Under the pieces are notes generated by a model, which did not search any database, had not been told where the DNA came from, and saw only the letters and a program-made list of their open reading frames with translations. A DNA stretch of 63,924 bases, the filler included. It is 7 parts of 7 records of this genome, joined end to end, with 100 filler letters (N's around TTAATTAATTAA, not from the genome) between each part and the next. Parts side by side here need not be neighbours in the genome. Positions count along the whole stretch, not along the records: positions 1 to 14,349 come from DRR723986_8594; positions 14,450 to 26,598 come from DRR723986_8597; 5 more parts are not named here. One strand, written 5' to 3'. A program made the translations under genes and the position numbers. This document shows positions 7,195 through 17,220 of the stretch, piece by piece; positions within the stretch are counted from its first letter, which is position 1; each line of letters opens with the position of its first letter.

Positions 7195-8464
7195 AGCCGC
7201 TCCCCGCCGGCGTATCCGGGCCGAGGCGTCAGCCGTCGATCCCGATGTCATGGCCTTCGTTCTGGACGCGCCCGTCCAGCCGGGGCGCTCGGGCCAGTTC
7301 GAGGCGGGCTCTGATGCACCGCTGCCACGGGCGATTTTCGCGGTGCAAGGGATCCAGCAAGTCGAGTTCGGTGGGTCGACGATCTGGGTCAGGAAGGCTC
7401 CCGAAGCGGACTGGCCGGTTCTGAAGCCCGCCATCGCCGGGGCAATCCGCCGGGTTCTCGACGAAAGCGACGCGCCTCTGGGTGAAAAGGCGGCCTCCGG
7501 AGCTGGCGATCCGGACGCTGACCTGCGTCAAGCCGTCGAGGCGCTGCTGGAAAGGCAGGTCAACCCGTCCGTCGCCACGCACGGGGGCCATATAGCGGTA
7601 GAGCGGGTTGAGGGCGGCACGGTCCATCTGCGCATGTCGGGCGGCTGCCAGGGCTGCGCAGCCTCCTCGGCGACGCTGCGTCAGGGAGTCGAGCGGATGC
7701 TGCGCGCCGCCCTGCCACAGATCGATGAGATCGTCGATGTCACCGACCATGCGGCAGGGCATAAGCCTTATTACACACAAGACGGCGGTGCCACGCCCAT
7801 GCTGAACCTCCCGATCCCTGCCGGGGTGATCACCCGGGAGGACGGACAGATTACCGTGGACCCCGAATACCTTGCCCCGCGTCTTGGACTAACGCCCGAG
7901 ACACTGCGCGCAGGTCTGCGCAGCGGCGCTGTCCTGGGCGTGACCCAAACCGGGCGGGATGCCGATGTCGGTAAGAGCCGGGTCATAATCCGCAGCGGCA
8001 GCCGAGCCTGGGCGGCCGAGATCGGCGCCGACGGCGCGGCCCGCGAGATACCGCCGCCCCACGTGATCCAGACGGCGGCTGGCAAGGAACGGGACCTCCC
8101 AAACCGCGTTCGCACCCATCTGAAAACACTGTCGCCGGAGCTTATCCCGATCTCCTACGGCACCCTCGCGCGCGCCCTCGGGCTTTGGATGCCGGGGGCG
8201 GTCGGACGGGTCACGGCGGCACTGGAAGCCACGATGCGCGAGGACGCGTCTGGCGGGCGGCCCTTCATCGCAGCGCGCGCGGTGGGCCGCGCATGTAACG
8301 GTCTGCCTGGCAAGGGCTTCTTCGACCTTGCTCGCGCTCTTGGACGCGGGCCGCAAGAGGGAGAAAGCGAGCCGGAGTTCCATGCCAGAGAGTTGCGTCA
8401 CATTGACAAAATGATCGGCAACGAAGTGACCGAGCACGAAAGATCGCTCAAACAGCAGGCTTAG
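7187..8464 (+). CDS. Multidomain Nfu/NifU-type Fe-S scaffold or carrier fusion (Nfu-N + NifU-C + DUF6522-like + C-terminal helical/wHTH-like domain)
   Basis: Nfu-N-like PLPRAIFAVQGIQQVEF..W..LKPAI; NifU-C VNPSVATHGG..RMSGGCQGC..VDVTDH; then ITVDPEYLAPRLGLTPETLR; then ISYGTLARALGL..GRPFIAA..GLPGKGFF. Confidence 0.82.
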   Translation: MSEAAPRRRIRAEASAVDPDVMAFVLDAPVQPGRSGQFEAGSDAPLPRAIFAVQGIQQVEFGGSTIWVRKAPEADWPVLKPAIAGAIRRVLDESDAPLGEKAASGAGDPDADLRQAVEALLERQVNPSVATHGGHIAVERVEGGTVHLRMSGGCQGCAASSATLRQGVERMLRAALPQIDEIVDVTDHAAGHKPYYTQDGGATPMLNLPIPAGVITREDGQITVDPEYLAPRLGLTPETLRAGLRSGAVLGVTQTGRDADVGKSRVIIRSGSRAWAAEIGADGAAREIPPPHVIQTAAGKERDLPNRVRTHLKTLSPELIPISYGTLARALGLWMPGAVGRVTAALEATMREDASGGRPFIAARAVGRACNGLPGKGFFDLARALGRGPQEGESEPEFHARELRHIDKMIGNEVTEHERSLKQQA

Positions 8465-8680
8465 CGCCCGCAAGTGATTTGTTCGCCTGCGCTGGCTTTC
8501 AAGAAAGATCCAACAGCAGCAATAGGACAACTGCCATACTAGGAGCAATGACGCGTCTGCTCCCGCAACACGGCATAGTCGGTCAGCAAGACGTGGCAGT
8601 TTCGGCTTCATGACTGGTCTCACCAACACGGTTATGCGCAGGCCAGCGCGATTTCTGGCCTGCGATTTGGCAAGCCTTTG

Positions 8681-10957
8681 TCAGGCGTAGGTCGAGACTT
8701 GCGATGCCGCCAGCGCCGCCACGTTCAGAAGGCATCTGGCAGAGATAGACGGCGTCACGATATGGATCTTGTTGCTCATGCCCATCAGGATCGGACCGAC
8801 CTCGATCGCCTTGGTCAGGCTGCGCAGAATGTTGCGCGCGACCCCGGCCGTTTCCGAGTTCGAGAACACCAGCACATTGGCGCGCCCCGAAATGCGCCCG
8901 TCGGGATAGATGCGGTCGCGGTGCAGTGCGTCCAGCGCCGCATCGACATGCATCTCACCCTCATAGGCGAAGGTCTGTTCCGCGGCATCGAGAAGGTCGA
9001 TGGCACCCCGCATGGTCCGCCCCGACGCGCTGTCGAGGTTGCCAAACTCGGAATCCGAGATCAGCGCGACGTTCGGCTCAACCCCGAAACGGCGTACATG
9101 GCGCGCAGCAGCCCGGGCAATCTGCGCGACCTCCTCGGTCGAGGGGCATTTATGGACATGGGTGTCCGCCAGGAACAGGGGCCCATCGTCGAGGATCAGA
9201 AGCGACAAGGCCCCGACGGGCAGGTTCCCGTCTCCTGCCAGAATCTGCGACACGTAGTTCAGATGCCAATTGTACTCGCCGAAGGTTCCGCAAACGAGGC
9301 TGTCGGCTTCACCGCGCTGCACCATCAGCGATGCAATGGCGGTGGTATTGGTACGCAGCACCGTGCGGGCCAGATCCGGGGTGACGCCCTTGCGCTTCAT
9401 CAGGCGATGATAGCTCGTCCAGTACTCGCGGTAGCGCGGATCGTCCTGCGGGTCGACAATCTCGAAATCCTCGCCCCGGCGCAGGTTCAGACCTTCCCGC
9501 TCGATGCGGGCATCAACGACCTCGCTGCGCCCGATCAGGATCGGCCGGATACCAATCTCCTCGCGGATGGTGCGGGTGGCGCGCAGCACACGCTCATCCT
9601 CGCCTTCGGCGAATACCACGCGGCGCTCGGACGCGCGGGCAGCATTGAAGACCCGGCGCATGACTGTGTGTGACTTGAACACCTGTGCGTTGAGAGACGC
9701 ACGGTAGGCATCGAGGTCGATGTTGCGGGTCGCAACACCCGACTCGATCGCGGCCTTTGCGACTGCATGGGCAATGGTCGGGAGCAGGCGCGGATCGAAA
9801 GGTTTCGGGATCAGATACTCGGAGCCGAAGGTCAGGCGTTCGCCTTGATAGGCCTGGCCGACCTCGGCCGAGATTGGTGCACGTGCAAGGCCGGCGATGG
9901 CCTCGACGCAGGCCAGTTTCATCGCATCGTTGATCTCGGTCGCGCCGACATCCAGCGCGCCGCGAAAGATGAAGGGGAAGCAGAGGACGTTGTTGACCTG
10001 GTTCGGATAGTCTGAGCGCCCTGTCGCAATCAGGGCATCGGCCGAGACCTTGCGGACCTCTTCCGGCAGAATCTCCGGGTTGGGGTTGGCCAGTGCAAAG
10101 ATCACCGGCGCCGGCGCCATGCGGGCCACCATTTCCTTGGTCAACACTCAGGGACCAGAGACGCCGAGGAACAGATCCGCGCCGACGATTGCATCTTCGA
10201 GGGTCCGGGCGTCGGTCTCCTTCGAAAATTCCCGCTTCTCAAAGGTCAAGTCGTTGCGTCCGTCATGGATCACGCCCTTTCTGTCGAGCAGGGTGATGTT
10301 TTCCTTCCGCAGCCCCATGACGATGAGCATTTTCAGGCAGGCGATACCGGCCGCTCCGGCGCCCACGGCCACGACACGCAGATCTTCAATCTTCTTGCCG
10401 GTCAGTTCAAGCGCGTTCAGCGCGGCGGCGGATGCGACGATCGCGGTGCCGTGCTGGTCGTCATGAAAGACAGGGATGCCCATCTTTTCCTTGGACAACC
10501 GCTCGACGATGAAGCAGTCCGGCGCCTTGATGTCCTCAAGGTTGACCGTGCCGAAGGTCGGCTCCAGCTTGCTGACGATCTCGGCCAGCTTTTCGGGGTC
10601 GCTCTCGTTGATCTCGATGTCGAAGCAGTCAACGCCGGCGAATTTCTTGAAGAGCACCGCCTTGCCCTCCATCACCGGTTTTGACGCCTGCGCGCCGATA
10701 TTGCCGAGGCCGAGCACCGCAGTGCCGTTGGAGATCACCGCGACAAGATTGCCCTTCGAGGTGAAGCGGGCGGCATTGGCGGCATTGGTTTCGATCTCGA
10801 GGCAGGCTTCCGCCACACCGGGCGAATAGGCGTTCGACAGGTCTCGGCCCGTCGCCATCGGCTTTGTCGCCCGGATTTCCAGTTTCCCGGGACGGGGAAA
10901 CTCGTGATAGTCGAGGGCTTCCTGTCGCTTGGCCTGTTTGATAGTATCGTCTGTCAT
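8681..10957 (-). pseudogene. maeB: NADP-dependent malic enzyme with PTA domain, interrupted by an in-frame TGA at 10148-10150
   Basis: [70 protein letters not shown] and FAEGEDERVL; the two ORF halves are in the same frame, separated only by one TGA. Confidence 0.85.
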
Positions 10958-11952
10958 GGTTGGTCCTCCTTTTCGTACCGGCTGATATGACGCGCCATGT
11001 CGAGCATGCGGTTCGCAAAGCCCCACTCGTTGTCGTACCAACCAAAAATTCTGAGCAGGCCGCCCGCTGCCGCCAGCGAGAGTTCGGGCCCACTGATCAC
11101 GAGCGACTCTGGCCGCCCGCGCAAATCCGAGGAAACGAGCGGCTTTTCGATCCAGCCAATCACGTCGGACCGTTCGACCGCGTCGAACAAGATGTAGCGA
11201 ATGCTCTCGATATCTGTCCGGCGCCGGATCGAGACCGTGAGGTCGATCGCCGAGACGCTGGCGGTCGGCACTCGGAGAGCGCGCGCCTCGATGCGACCGG
11301 CAAGACCGGGCAGGACCATTCCCAGTAACATGTGAGCGCTGGTCGTCGTCGGAACCATGGAGAGCGCCGCCGCGCGGCTCCGAGCCAGATCGTCCCGCGG
11401 CTGATCCACAGTCGGCTGACTGCCCGTGTAGCAATGGACCGTCGTCATCTGGCCGCCGATGACGCTGAACGTGTCGTCAAGAATACGGAGGATCGGTGCC
11501 AGTGCGTTTGTGGTGCAAGAGGCGTTGGAAACCACGGCCTCACCGCGATAGCGCTCCTCATTGGCACCGAGAACCAGGGTAATATCGGCGAGGGAAGCCG
11601 GTCCGGAAATCAGGGCGCGGGCAGCGCCGAGGCTTACGCCAATCCGCGCTGTCTCGACGGAATTTGGCTGGCCGCTGCATTCAAGCAGGACATCGACGCC
11701 CTTCAGATCAAGCCCCGATATCTCGGCCTGCTGAAAGAACGGGATGATCGTGTCATCCACCCGAAGCGTAGAGCCAATGACCTCAACATCTCCCGGCCAT
11801 GTTCCGAAAGTGCTTTCGAATTCAAAAAGATAGCCGCATGTCTCGATAGGCGCGACATCATTGATCAGGACCACCTCGACATCCGGCGATCTCAGCGCCA
11901 GACGCAGAATGCTTCTGCCAATTCGGCCAAAGCCATTTATGGCAACCCTCAT
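10954..11952 (-). CDS. gap: Type I glyceraldehyde-3-phosphate dehydrogenase (divergent paralog)
   Basis: AINGFGRIGR, catalytic SNASCTTN and WYDNEWGF; ATGA overlap with the maeB start. Confidence 0.9.
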   Translation of the reverse strand: MRVAINGFGRIGRSILRLALRSPDVEVVLINDVAPIETCGYLFEFESTFGTWPGDVEVIGSTLRVDDTIIPFFQQAEISGLDLKGVDVLLECSGQPNSVETARIGVSLGAARALISGPASLADITLVLGANEERYRGEAVVSNASCTTNALAPILRILDDTFSVIGGQMTTVHCYTGSQPTVDQPRDDLARSRAAALSMVPTTTSAHMLLGMVLPGLAGRIEARALRVPTASVSAIDLTVSIRRRTDIESIRYILFDAVERSDVIGWIEKPLVSSDLRGRPESLVISGPELSLAAAGGLLRIFGWYDNEWGFANRMLDMARHISRYEKEDQP

Positions 11953-12074
11953 GGGTTCACTTCCTGCCCCGGATCAAGGGAAGATCGGGGCGAATTTCAC
12001 TAAGGGGTTCGGAAGCGGATGCGCGCATCCGCCGGTGCGGGTGAAGCTGACGGCAGCAGGGGCCGTCAGTGAAT

Positions 12075-13040
12075 TCAGAAATCGACCTCGATCGCGACGC
12101 CCTTGCTGACCGCCAGATCGGCGGCCGCAGAAGCGACGGCAAGATCCTGGAGGCCGACACCGGTGCCATCGAACAAGGTGATCTCCCGATCCGATGTACG
12201 GCCAGGATGGGATCCGTTGATCACCGCCCCGATCTCGATGATGCTCTCGGCCGCAATCAGCCCTTCGGCAACTGCATGCTGCGCTTCGCCGATGGTGATG
12301 GACTGAGCAATCTCATCCGTGAACACCGCCGATGCGGCCACGAGCGCGGCATCCACCTCCTGCTTGCCCTTGGTATCCGTCCCCATGCAGGCTAGATGCG
12401 CACCCGGGCGCACCTGGGCAGCCTCAAGGATCGGATCGAAAGACGAGGTAATCGTGATGATCACATCCGCCTCGGCACCCAGCCGGTCGAGATCGACGGC
12501 CTCGAAGGGCAGGCCCTTTTCGGCTGCCACAGCTTCAAGACGGCTCAAGGCCTCGCGGTGCAGGTTCCAGCCGATGACCTTTTCGAACGGCCGCTGCTCA
12601 AGCGCGGCGCGCAGCTGGAATGTCGATTGGTGACCCGCGCCAATCATGCCGAGAATCTTGGAGTCCGGACGTGCCAGATACTTGATCGAGACGGCCGAGG
12701 CGGCCGCGGTGCGCAGCGCGGTCAGCAGGTTGCCACCGACAACCGCTTTGCACTTGCCTGTATCGGCATCGAACAGGAACACCGTCGACTGGTGATTGGT
12801 CAGGCCCTTGGCCATATTGGTCGGCCAGAAGCCACCCGACTTGAGGCCCAGGGCGAGGCTTTCCCGGTCAAAGCCGGATTTGAAGCCGTAGAGCGCATCG
12901 GCATGGCCGATCGCCTCGCGGATCACCGGAAAGTTGTAGGCCGATTTCTTCGCCATCGAGGCGAAGACCTGTTCCACCGCGGTGAAGCAGTCCGATGCCG
13001 AGATGAGCCCTGCGATTTCGCGTTCAGGGACAATGATCAT
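12075..13040 (-). CDS. bhcD: Iminosuccinate reductase (ornithine cyclodeaminase/mu-crystallin family)
   Basis: AYNFPVIREAIGHADALYGFKSGFD, LTALRTAAAS, GAGHQ and FDGTGVGLQD; immediately downstream of bhcC. Confidence 0.88.
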   Translation of the reverse strand: MIIVPEREIAGLISASDCFTAVEQVFASMAKKSAYNFPVIREAIGHADALYGFKSGFDRESLALGLKSGGFWPTNMAKGLTNHQSTVFLFDADTGKCKAVVGGNLLTALRTAAASAVSIKYLARPDSKILGMIGAGHQSTFQLRAALEQRPFEKVIGWNLHREALSRLEAVAAEKGLPFEAVDLDRLGAEADVIITITSSFDPILEAAQVRPGAHLACMGTDTKGKQEVDAALVAASAVFTDEIAQSITIGEAQHAVAEGLIAAESIIEIGAVINGSHPGRTSDREITLFDGTGVGLQDLAVASAAADLAVSKGVAIEVDF

Positions 13041-13123
13041 GAGAATTTCTCCCGCTTGCGTTCGTGGGCCGGAGGCAAGACATTGCCCCCGGCCCGGGAT
13101 TTTCGTCGGGTAACGTCGTTCGG

Positions 13124-14287
13124 TCAGTAGGCCTTTCCGCGGGCCGAAACCGGCCATACGACTTCGACCTTGCCGCCGCGCACGCCGACATACCAGTCAT
13201 GCACATTGCAGGTCGGGTCGCAGTGGCCAGGCACAAGGCGCAATTTGTCGTTGACCTTGAGCACGCCCTGCGGATCTTCGACCACACCATGCTCGTCCGA
13301 GCACTTGATGTACTTGACATCGGTGCGACCGTAGACGATCGGAAGGCCACTATCGACCGACTGCGCCTTCAGGCCTGCGTCCACGATGGCCTTGTCGGCT
13401 TTCGCATGGCTCATGACCGAAGTCAGGATGAATAGGGCGTTCTCCCATTCGCCTTGGTCGATCCGCTTGCCGTCCTTGTCGAGGATACGGCCATAGTCGG
13501 CGTCCATGAAGGCGTAGGAACCGCACTGAAGCTCGTTGTAGACGCCCGAGGTGCTTTCAAAGTAATAGCTGCCCGTGCCGCCGCCGCCGACGATGTCGCA
13601 GGCAATGCCCTTGGCCGTCAGCGCGTCCACCGCATCCTTCACCTGGGCCACGGCCGCGTCGATCTTGGCCTTGCGGTCGGCGTAGTTGTCCATGTGCTGC
13701 ATAGCGCCCTGATAAGCCTGGATGCCGGCAAACTTCAGACCCGGTGCTGCGTTGATCGCCTCGGCCAGAGCCACCACTTCGGGGGTCGTCTTGACGCCGC
13801 AGCGACCGGCACCACAGTCGATTTCCACGAGACATTCGATGGTCGTCCCATGCTTCACGGCAGCGGCGGACAGGTCTGCCACGTTGTCCAGCATGTCGAC
13901 GCAGCAGATGGTGCGTGCGCCCAACTTGGGCAGGCGTGCAAGACGGTCGATCTTGGCCTTGTCGCGGACCTGGTTCGACACCAGAACGTCCTTGATGCCG
14001 CCACGGGCGAAGACCTCAGCCTCGGACACCTTCTGGCAGCAGACGCCGCAGGACCCGCCAAGTGTTTCTTGGAGTTTCGCCACATCGACCGACTTGTGCA
14101 TCTTGCCGTGGACGCGGTGGCGCATGCCATGCGCCTTGGCATAGTCGCCCATCTTTTTGATGTTGCGCTCCAGCGAGTCGAGATCAAGGATCAGGCAGGG
14201 GGTCTGGATGTCGGCTTCGGCCATGCCCGGAACGGCCGGGATGTCGTAGCCCACTTCAAGATTGTCGAAATTAACGGGTGCGTTCAT
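13124..14287 (-). CDS. bhcC: 3-hydroxy-D-aspartate aldolase (fold-type III PLP enzyme)
   Basis: EVGYDIPAVPGM..IQTPCLILDLD, HRVHGKMHKS, ELQCGSYAFMD, SDEHG and PGHCDPTCNVHDW. Confidence 0.92.
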   Translation of the reverse strand: MNAPVNFDNLEVGYDIPAVPGMAEADIQTPCLILDLDSLERNIKKMGDYAKAHGMRHRVHGKMHKSVDVAKLQETLGGSCGVCCQKVSEAEVFARGGIKDVLVSNQVRDKAKIDRLARLPKLGARTICCVDMLDNVADLSAAAVKHGTTIECLVEIDCGAGRCGVKTTPEVVALAEAINAAPGLKFAGIQAYQGAMQHMDNYADRKAKIDAAVAQVKDAVDALTAKGIACDIVGGGGTGSYYFESTSGVYNELQCGSYAFMDADYGRILDKDGKRIDQGEWENALFILTSVMSHAKADKAIVDAGLKAQSVDSGLPIVYGRTDVKYIKCSDEHGVVEDPQGVLKVNDKLRLVPGHCDPTCNVHDWYVGVRGGKVEVVWPVSARGKAY

Positions 14288-14290
14288 AGC

Positions 14291-14349
14291 TCAGACTCCT
14301 TGGGTCCAGGGCAGCTTGTCGAGATCGACATTGCCGCCGGTGATGATGA
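14291..14349 (-). CDS. bhcB: beta-hydroxyaspartate dehydratase, 3' end only (contig edge)
   Basis: IITGGNVDLDKLPWTQGV* is a serine/threonine dehydratase-type C-terminus, in the bhcB position upstream of bhcC. Confidence 0.75.
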
Positions 14350-14449
14350 NNNNNNNNNNNNNNNNNNNNNNNNNNNNNNNNNNNNNNNNNNNNTTAATTA
14401 ATTAANNNNNNNNNNNNNNNNNNNNNNNNNNNNNNNNNNNNNNNNNNNN
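14350..14449. other. Artificial contig linker
   Basis: N44-TTAATTAATTAA-N44 (stops in all six frames). Confidence 0.99.
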
Positions 14450-16553
14450 GCTTTTTCGGGCGCGCCTCCAGCGGCGGGGCGGGCGCGGGGCGATGCGCGG
14501 GCGCGGCGGGGATCGGCGCCTCGGCGGCCCGGGCCAGCGCCAGCCAATGCGCACCACGCGCCCGCATCTCAGCCAGCGCCTGCGGGCCGTCGCGCTCGGG
14601 CAGACCGGTCATCAGGTTCACCAGACGGTTCACCCAGCGCGAGGGCACGGTCTCGGCGTCGGCGGACTTCAGCGACCGCGTCAGCCAGACCTCTGGCGCG
14701 GCGACCGCCTGCTGGAAGTCATGCGCGGAAAGGCCAATGCGCCGTTCCGGCAGCAAGAGCCCCGCCTGCGCCCGCATCTGCCGGTTCAGCCACGGATCGG
14801 CGCCGGGGCTTTCCGGCCAGCTTCCCTCGTTCAGGCCCGCGAGAATCAACAGGTCCGCGCCCATGACGCGCGCCTCGAGCGTGCCCCAGATCAGCACCTG
14901 CGGGTGGGCGGCGTCGCGGTCGCGCACCTCGGCGCGGGACAGAACCGCGTTGAACAGGTCGCCGTAATCGCGGGCGGTCAGATCGGCGGCGCGATGCGCC
15001 TCGGCGCGGAGCGCGGCCACGGTGTCGCGCACGGTGCGGCCCGCGTTCTCGTCCCAGAGCGCCGAGGCGTCCTCGCTTTCGGAGCCCTGCGAGAGCCGTT
15101 CGGCAAGCGCGATGTGATCCGCCAGCCAGTCCGCCAGCGGGCGCTTGTCCGCCTGATCGTGGCCGCAGAACCCGGCGACCCACGCGGCCCAGGCGGCGCG
15201 GTTCGCGCCCCAGTCCAGCAGCGCCTCGGGCTGCGGAAAGGGCATGCCGGTACGGCGGATGTAAAGCTCCAGTTCGCGGGTGTTGCGCAGATGCGGGCCG
15301 CGCCCGGCGCCGCGATGCACCAGAGGGTGCTTGAGCAGCGTCAGCAGGGTCTCTGCCGTCAGCGGCGCCTCGAAAAGCGTTGCCACATGCCGCAAGAGCC
15401 GCCCCGGCGGCGTCAGCTGCGCGGGCGTCCCGGCGCTGTCGTCGGGCGTGATGTCCCAGCGGTCCAGCGCCGAGGTCACCTGCCGCGTCAGCATCCGGTC
15501 CGGCGTGATCAGAGCGGCGGTCTGCCCGTCATGGACCGCCTGCCGCAGCCGCAGCGCGATGGCCAGCGCCTCTTCGCGGGCGCTGGGCGCCTCGGTCAGG
15601 GTGACGCCCGCCATGGCGCCGGGCAGGTCGGGCAGCGCGGGGCCTTCGGCCAGCCACTGGTGCGTGACCGGCGCGGGCCGCAGCGCGAGCGACACGGTGC
15701 GGTTGCGGGCGGGCGCGGGCGCGGCGTCGTCGGTCCAGGGGCGGACCTCTGCGGGGCCAAGCTCCAGCGCCTGCATCAGCTTGGCAAAGCGGAACTGCGG
15801 GTGGTCCTCGCCGGTCAGCGGGTCATTGAGCGTGTCCCAGACCGCGCGCGGCTGGTCGAAGTCGAACCCCGGCAGCACCACCGCGCCCTGCGGCAGGCGG
15901 GCCACGGCGCACATCAGCTCGTGCGTGGTGCCGCGCGACCCGGTGGAACCCGCGACGATGACGGGATGCTGCGGCGGGTTCGCCTCCCACGCGGCCAGCC
16001 GCATCCGCAGGGCGAGGCGGGCAAAGGCCTGCGCGTCGGGCGCGGTGTCCGCGCCAAAGTAATCCTGCACGATGGTCAGGAAGGTCAGGCTGCGCTGCCA
16101 GTGCCCCGACTGGTCAGAGACGTCCAGCGCGGCGATCCGGTCGGGGGGTACGTCCTCGCCCTGCATCTCCTCCATCAGCGTCGCGAGGCTGTCGGCAAGG
16201 TCGAAGAGCGCGGCGCGCGGCGCAAGATCCGGCTGCGCGTCCAGCAGGCCCGAGACGAGGCCGGTCAACTCCAGCCTGCGCCGAAGCGGCGGCACCGGGT
16301 CCGGCAGGTCCGTGGCGCCCAGCGGGTCGGCGAGGTCCGTGACCAGCCGCACGCGCGGCAAAAGCGCCGCCGGGCCGCTGTCGAAGACGTCCCGGAGGCG
16401 CCGCGCCATGCGGGTCGTGTTCACGTAAAGCTCGACGCGGGCCATGGCCTCGGGCGGGCCTTTCACACGGTCGCGCAGGCCACGCACCAACGCGCGGGGA
16501 AAGTCGACGCCGGGGGCGGTGCCGAACAGGCGGGGGCCGGGGGCGTCAAACAT
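14450..16553 (-). CDS. addB: Double-strand break repair protein AddB (3'-truncated by the contig edge)
   Basis: PRLFGTAPGVDFPRAL, VIVAGSTGSRG, AALITPDRMLTRQV, IWGTLEAR and GLNEGSWP; synteny with tsaE-amgK-murU. Confidence 0.92.
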
Positions 16554-17220
16554 CGGCGAGCATCTCCTCGGCCAGCGCGATGCCCTCGGGGTGGCCGACA
16601 TCGCACCACCGTCCGGGATAGGCGGTGCCGAAAAGCTTTCCTTCCGAGGCCATCGCGTTCCAGAGCACGTTGAGAGAAAAGGCTTTTTCGGCGATCCCCG
16701 GCAATCCGTCCGTCTTCACGATCTGCGCCCCGGTGTAGACGAGGCCGCCACCCCGGCTCAGCCTGCCGTCAGGGGTCAGGGAGAAGTCGCCGCCGCCCTT
16801 GCGCCCCACGGCCTGTGCCAGCGGAACGCAGAGCAAGAGCGCATCCATGCGCGCCGGATCCCATTGCGCTGCGAGCAGGTCCAGCGGGTTGGGCCCATGC
16901 CAGACCGCGTCCGTGTTCAACGTGTATACAGGCTGCGCACCAAGCAGGGGCAAGGCCTGTCGCAACCCGCCGCCGGTGTCCAGAATCTCCGGGTCCTCGA
17001 CGGAGACCGCCACGTCCGTCCCGGAAAGGTGCTGCGCGATCTGCCCGGCGCGGTAATGCGCGTTGACGACGCGGCGCGGGATGCCCTCTGCCAGTGCGAG
17101 GGCGTGGTCGAGTAGCGGTTTTCCCGAAACCGGGATCAGGGGCTTGGGGCGATCCGCCGTCAGCGGCCCCATGCGCGTCCCGAAGCCCGCGGCGAAAAGC
17201 ATGATGGCGTCCGGCTTCAT
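16546..17220 (-). CDS. murU: Nucleotidyltransferase (MurU-like)
   Basis: MLFAAGFGTRMGPLTADRPKPL, LDTGGGL and WCDVGHP. Confidence 0.82.
   Translation of the reverse strand: MKPDAIMLFAAGFGTRMGPLTADRPKPLIPVSGKPLLDHALALAEGIPRRVVNAHYRAGQIAQHLSGTDVAVSVEDPEILDTGGGLRQALPLLGAQPVYTLNTDAVWHGPNPLDLLAAQWDPARMDALLLCVPLAQAVGRKGGGDFSLTPDGRLSRGGGLVYTGAQIVKTDGLPGIAEKAFSLNVLWNAMASEGKLFGTAYPGRWCDVGHPEGIALAEEMLADV

Noticed and set aside
10148-10150. Selenocysteine codon or alternative genetic code in maeB
   Set aside because: The aligned residue is Gly, and TGA is used as a normal stop by neighbouring genes.
14394-14405. TTAATTAATTAA palindromes (six copies) as biological repeats or CtrA sites
   Set aside because: Each is centred in identical N-runs, so they are artificial six-frame-stop linkers.
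14291-14500. Functional linkage of genes across linkers (e.g. bhc with addB, actP with the NRPS)
   Set aside because: The adjacency is an artefact of contig concatenation.
14493-16673. Long antisense ORFs (e.g. 14493-16673, 30927-33308, 33404-35542, 45200-47122)
   Set aside because: Shadow frames of real genes in high-GC DNA, with no recognisable motifs.
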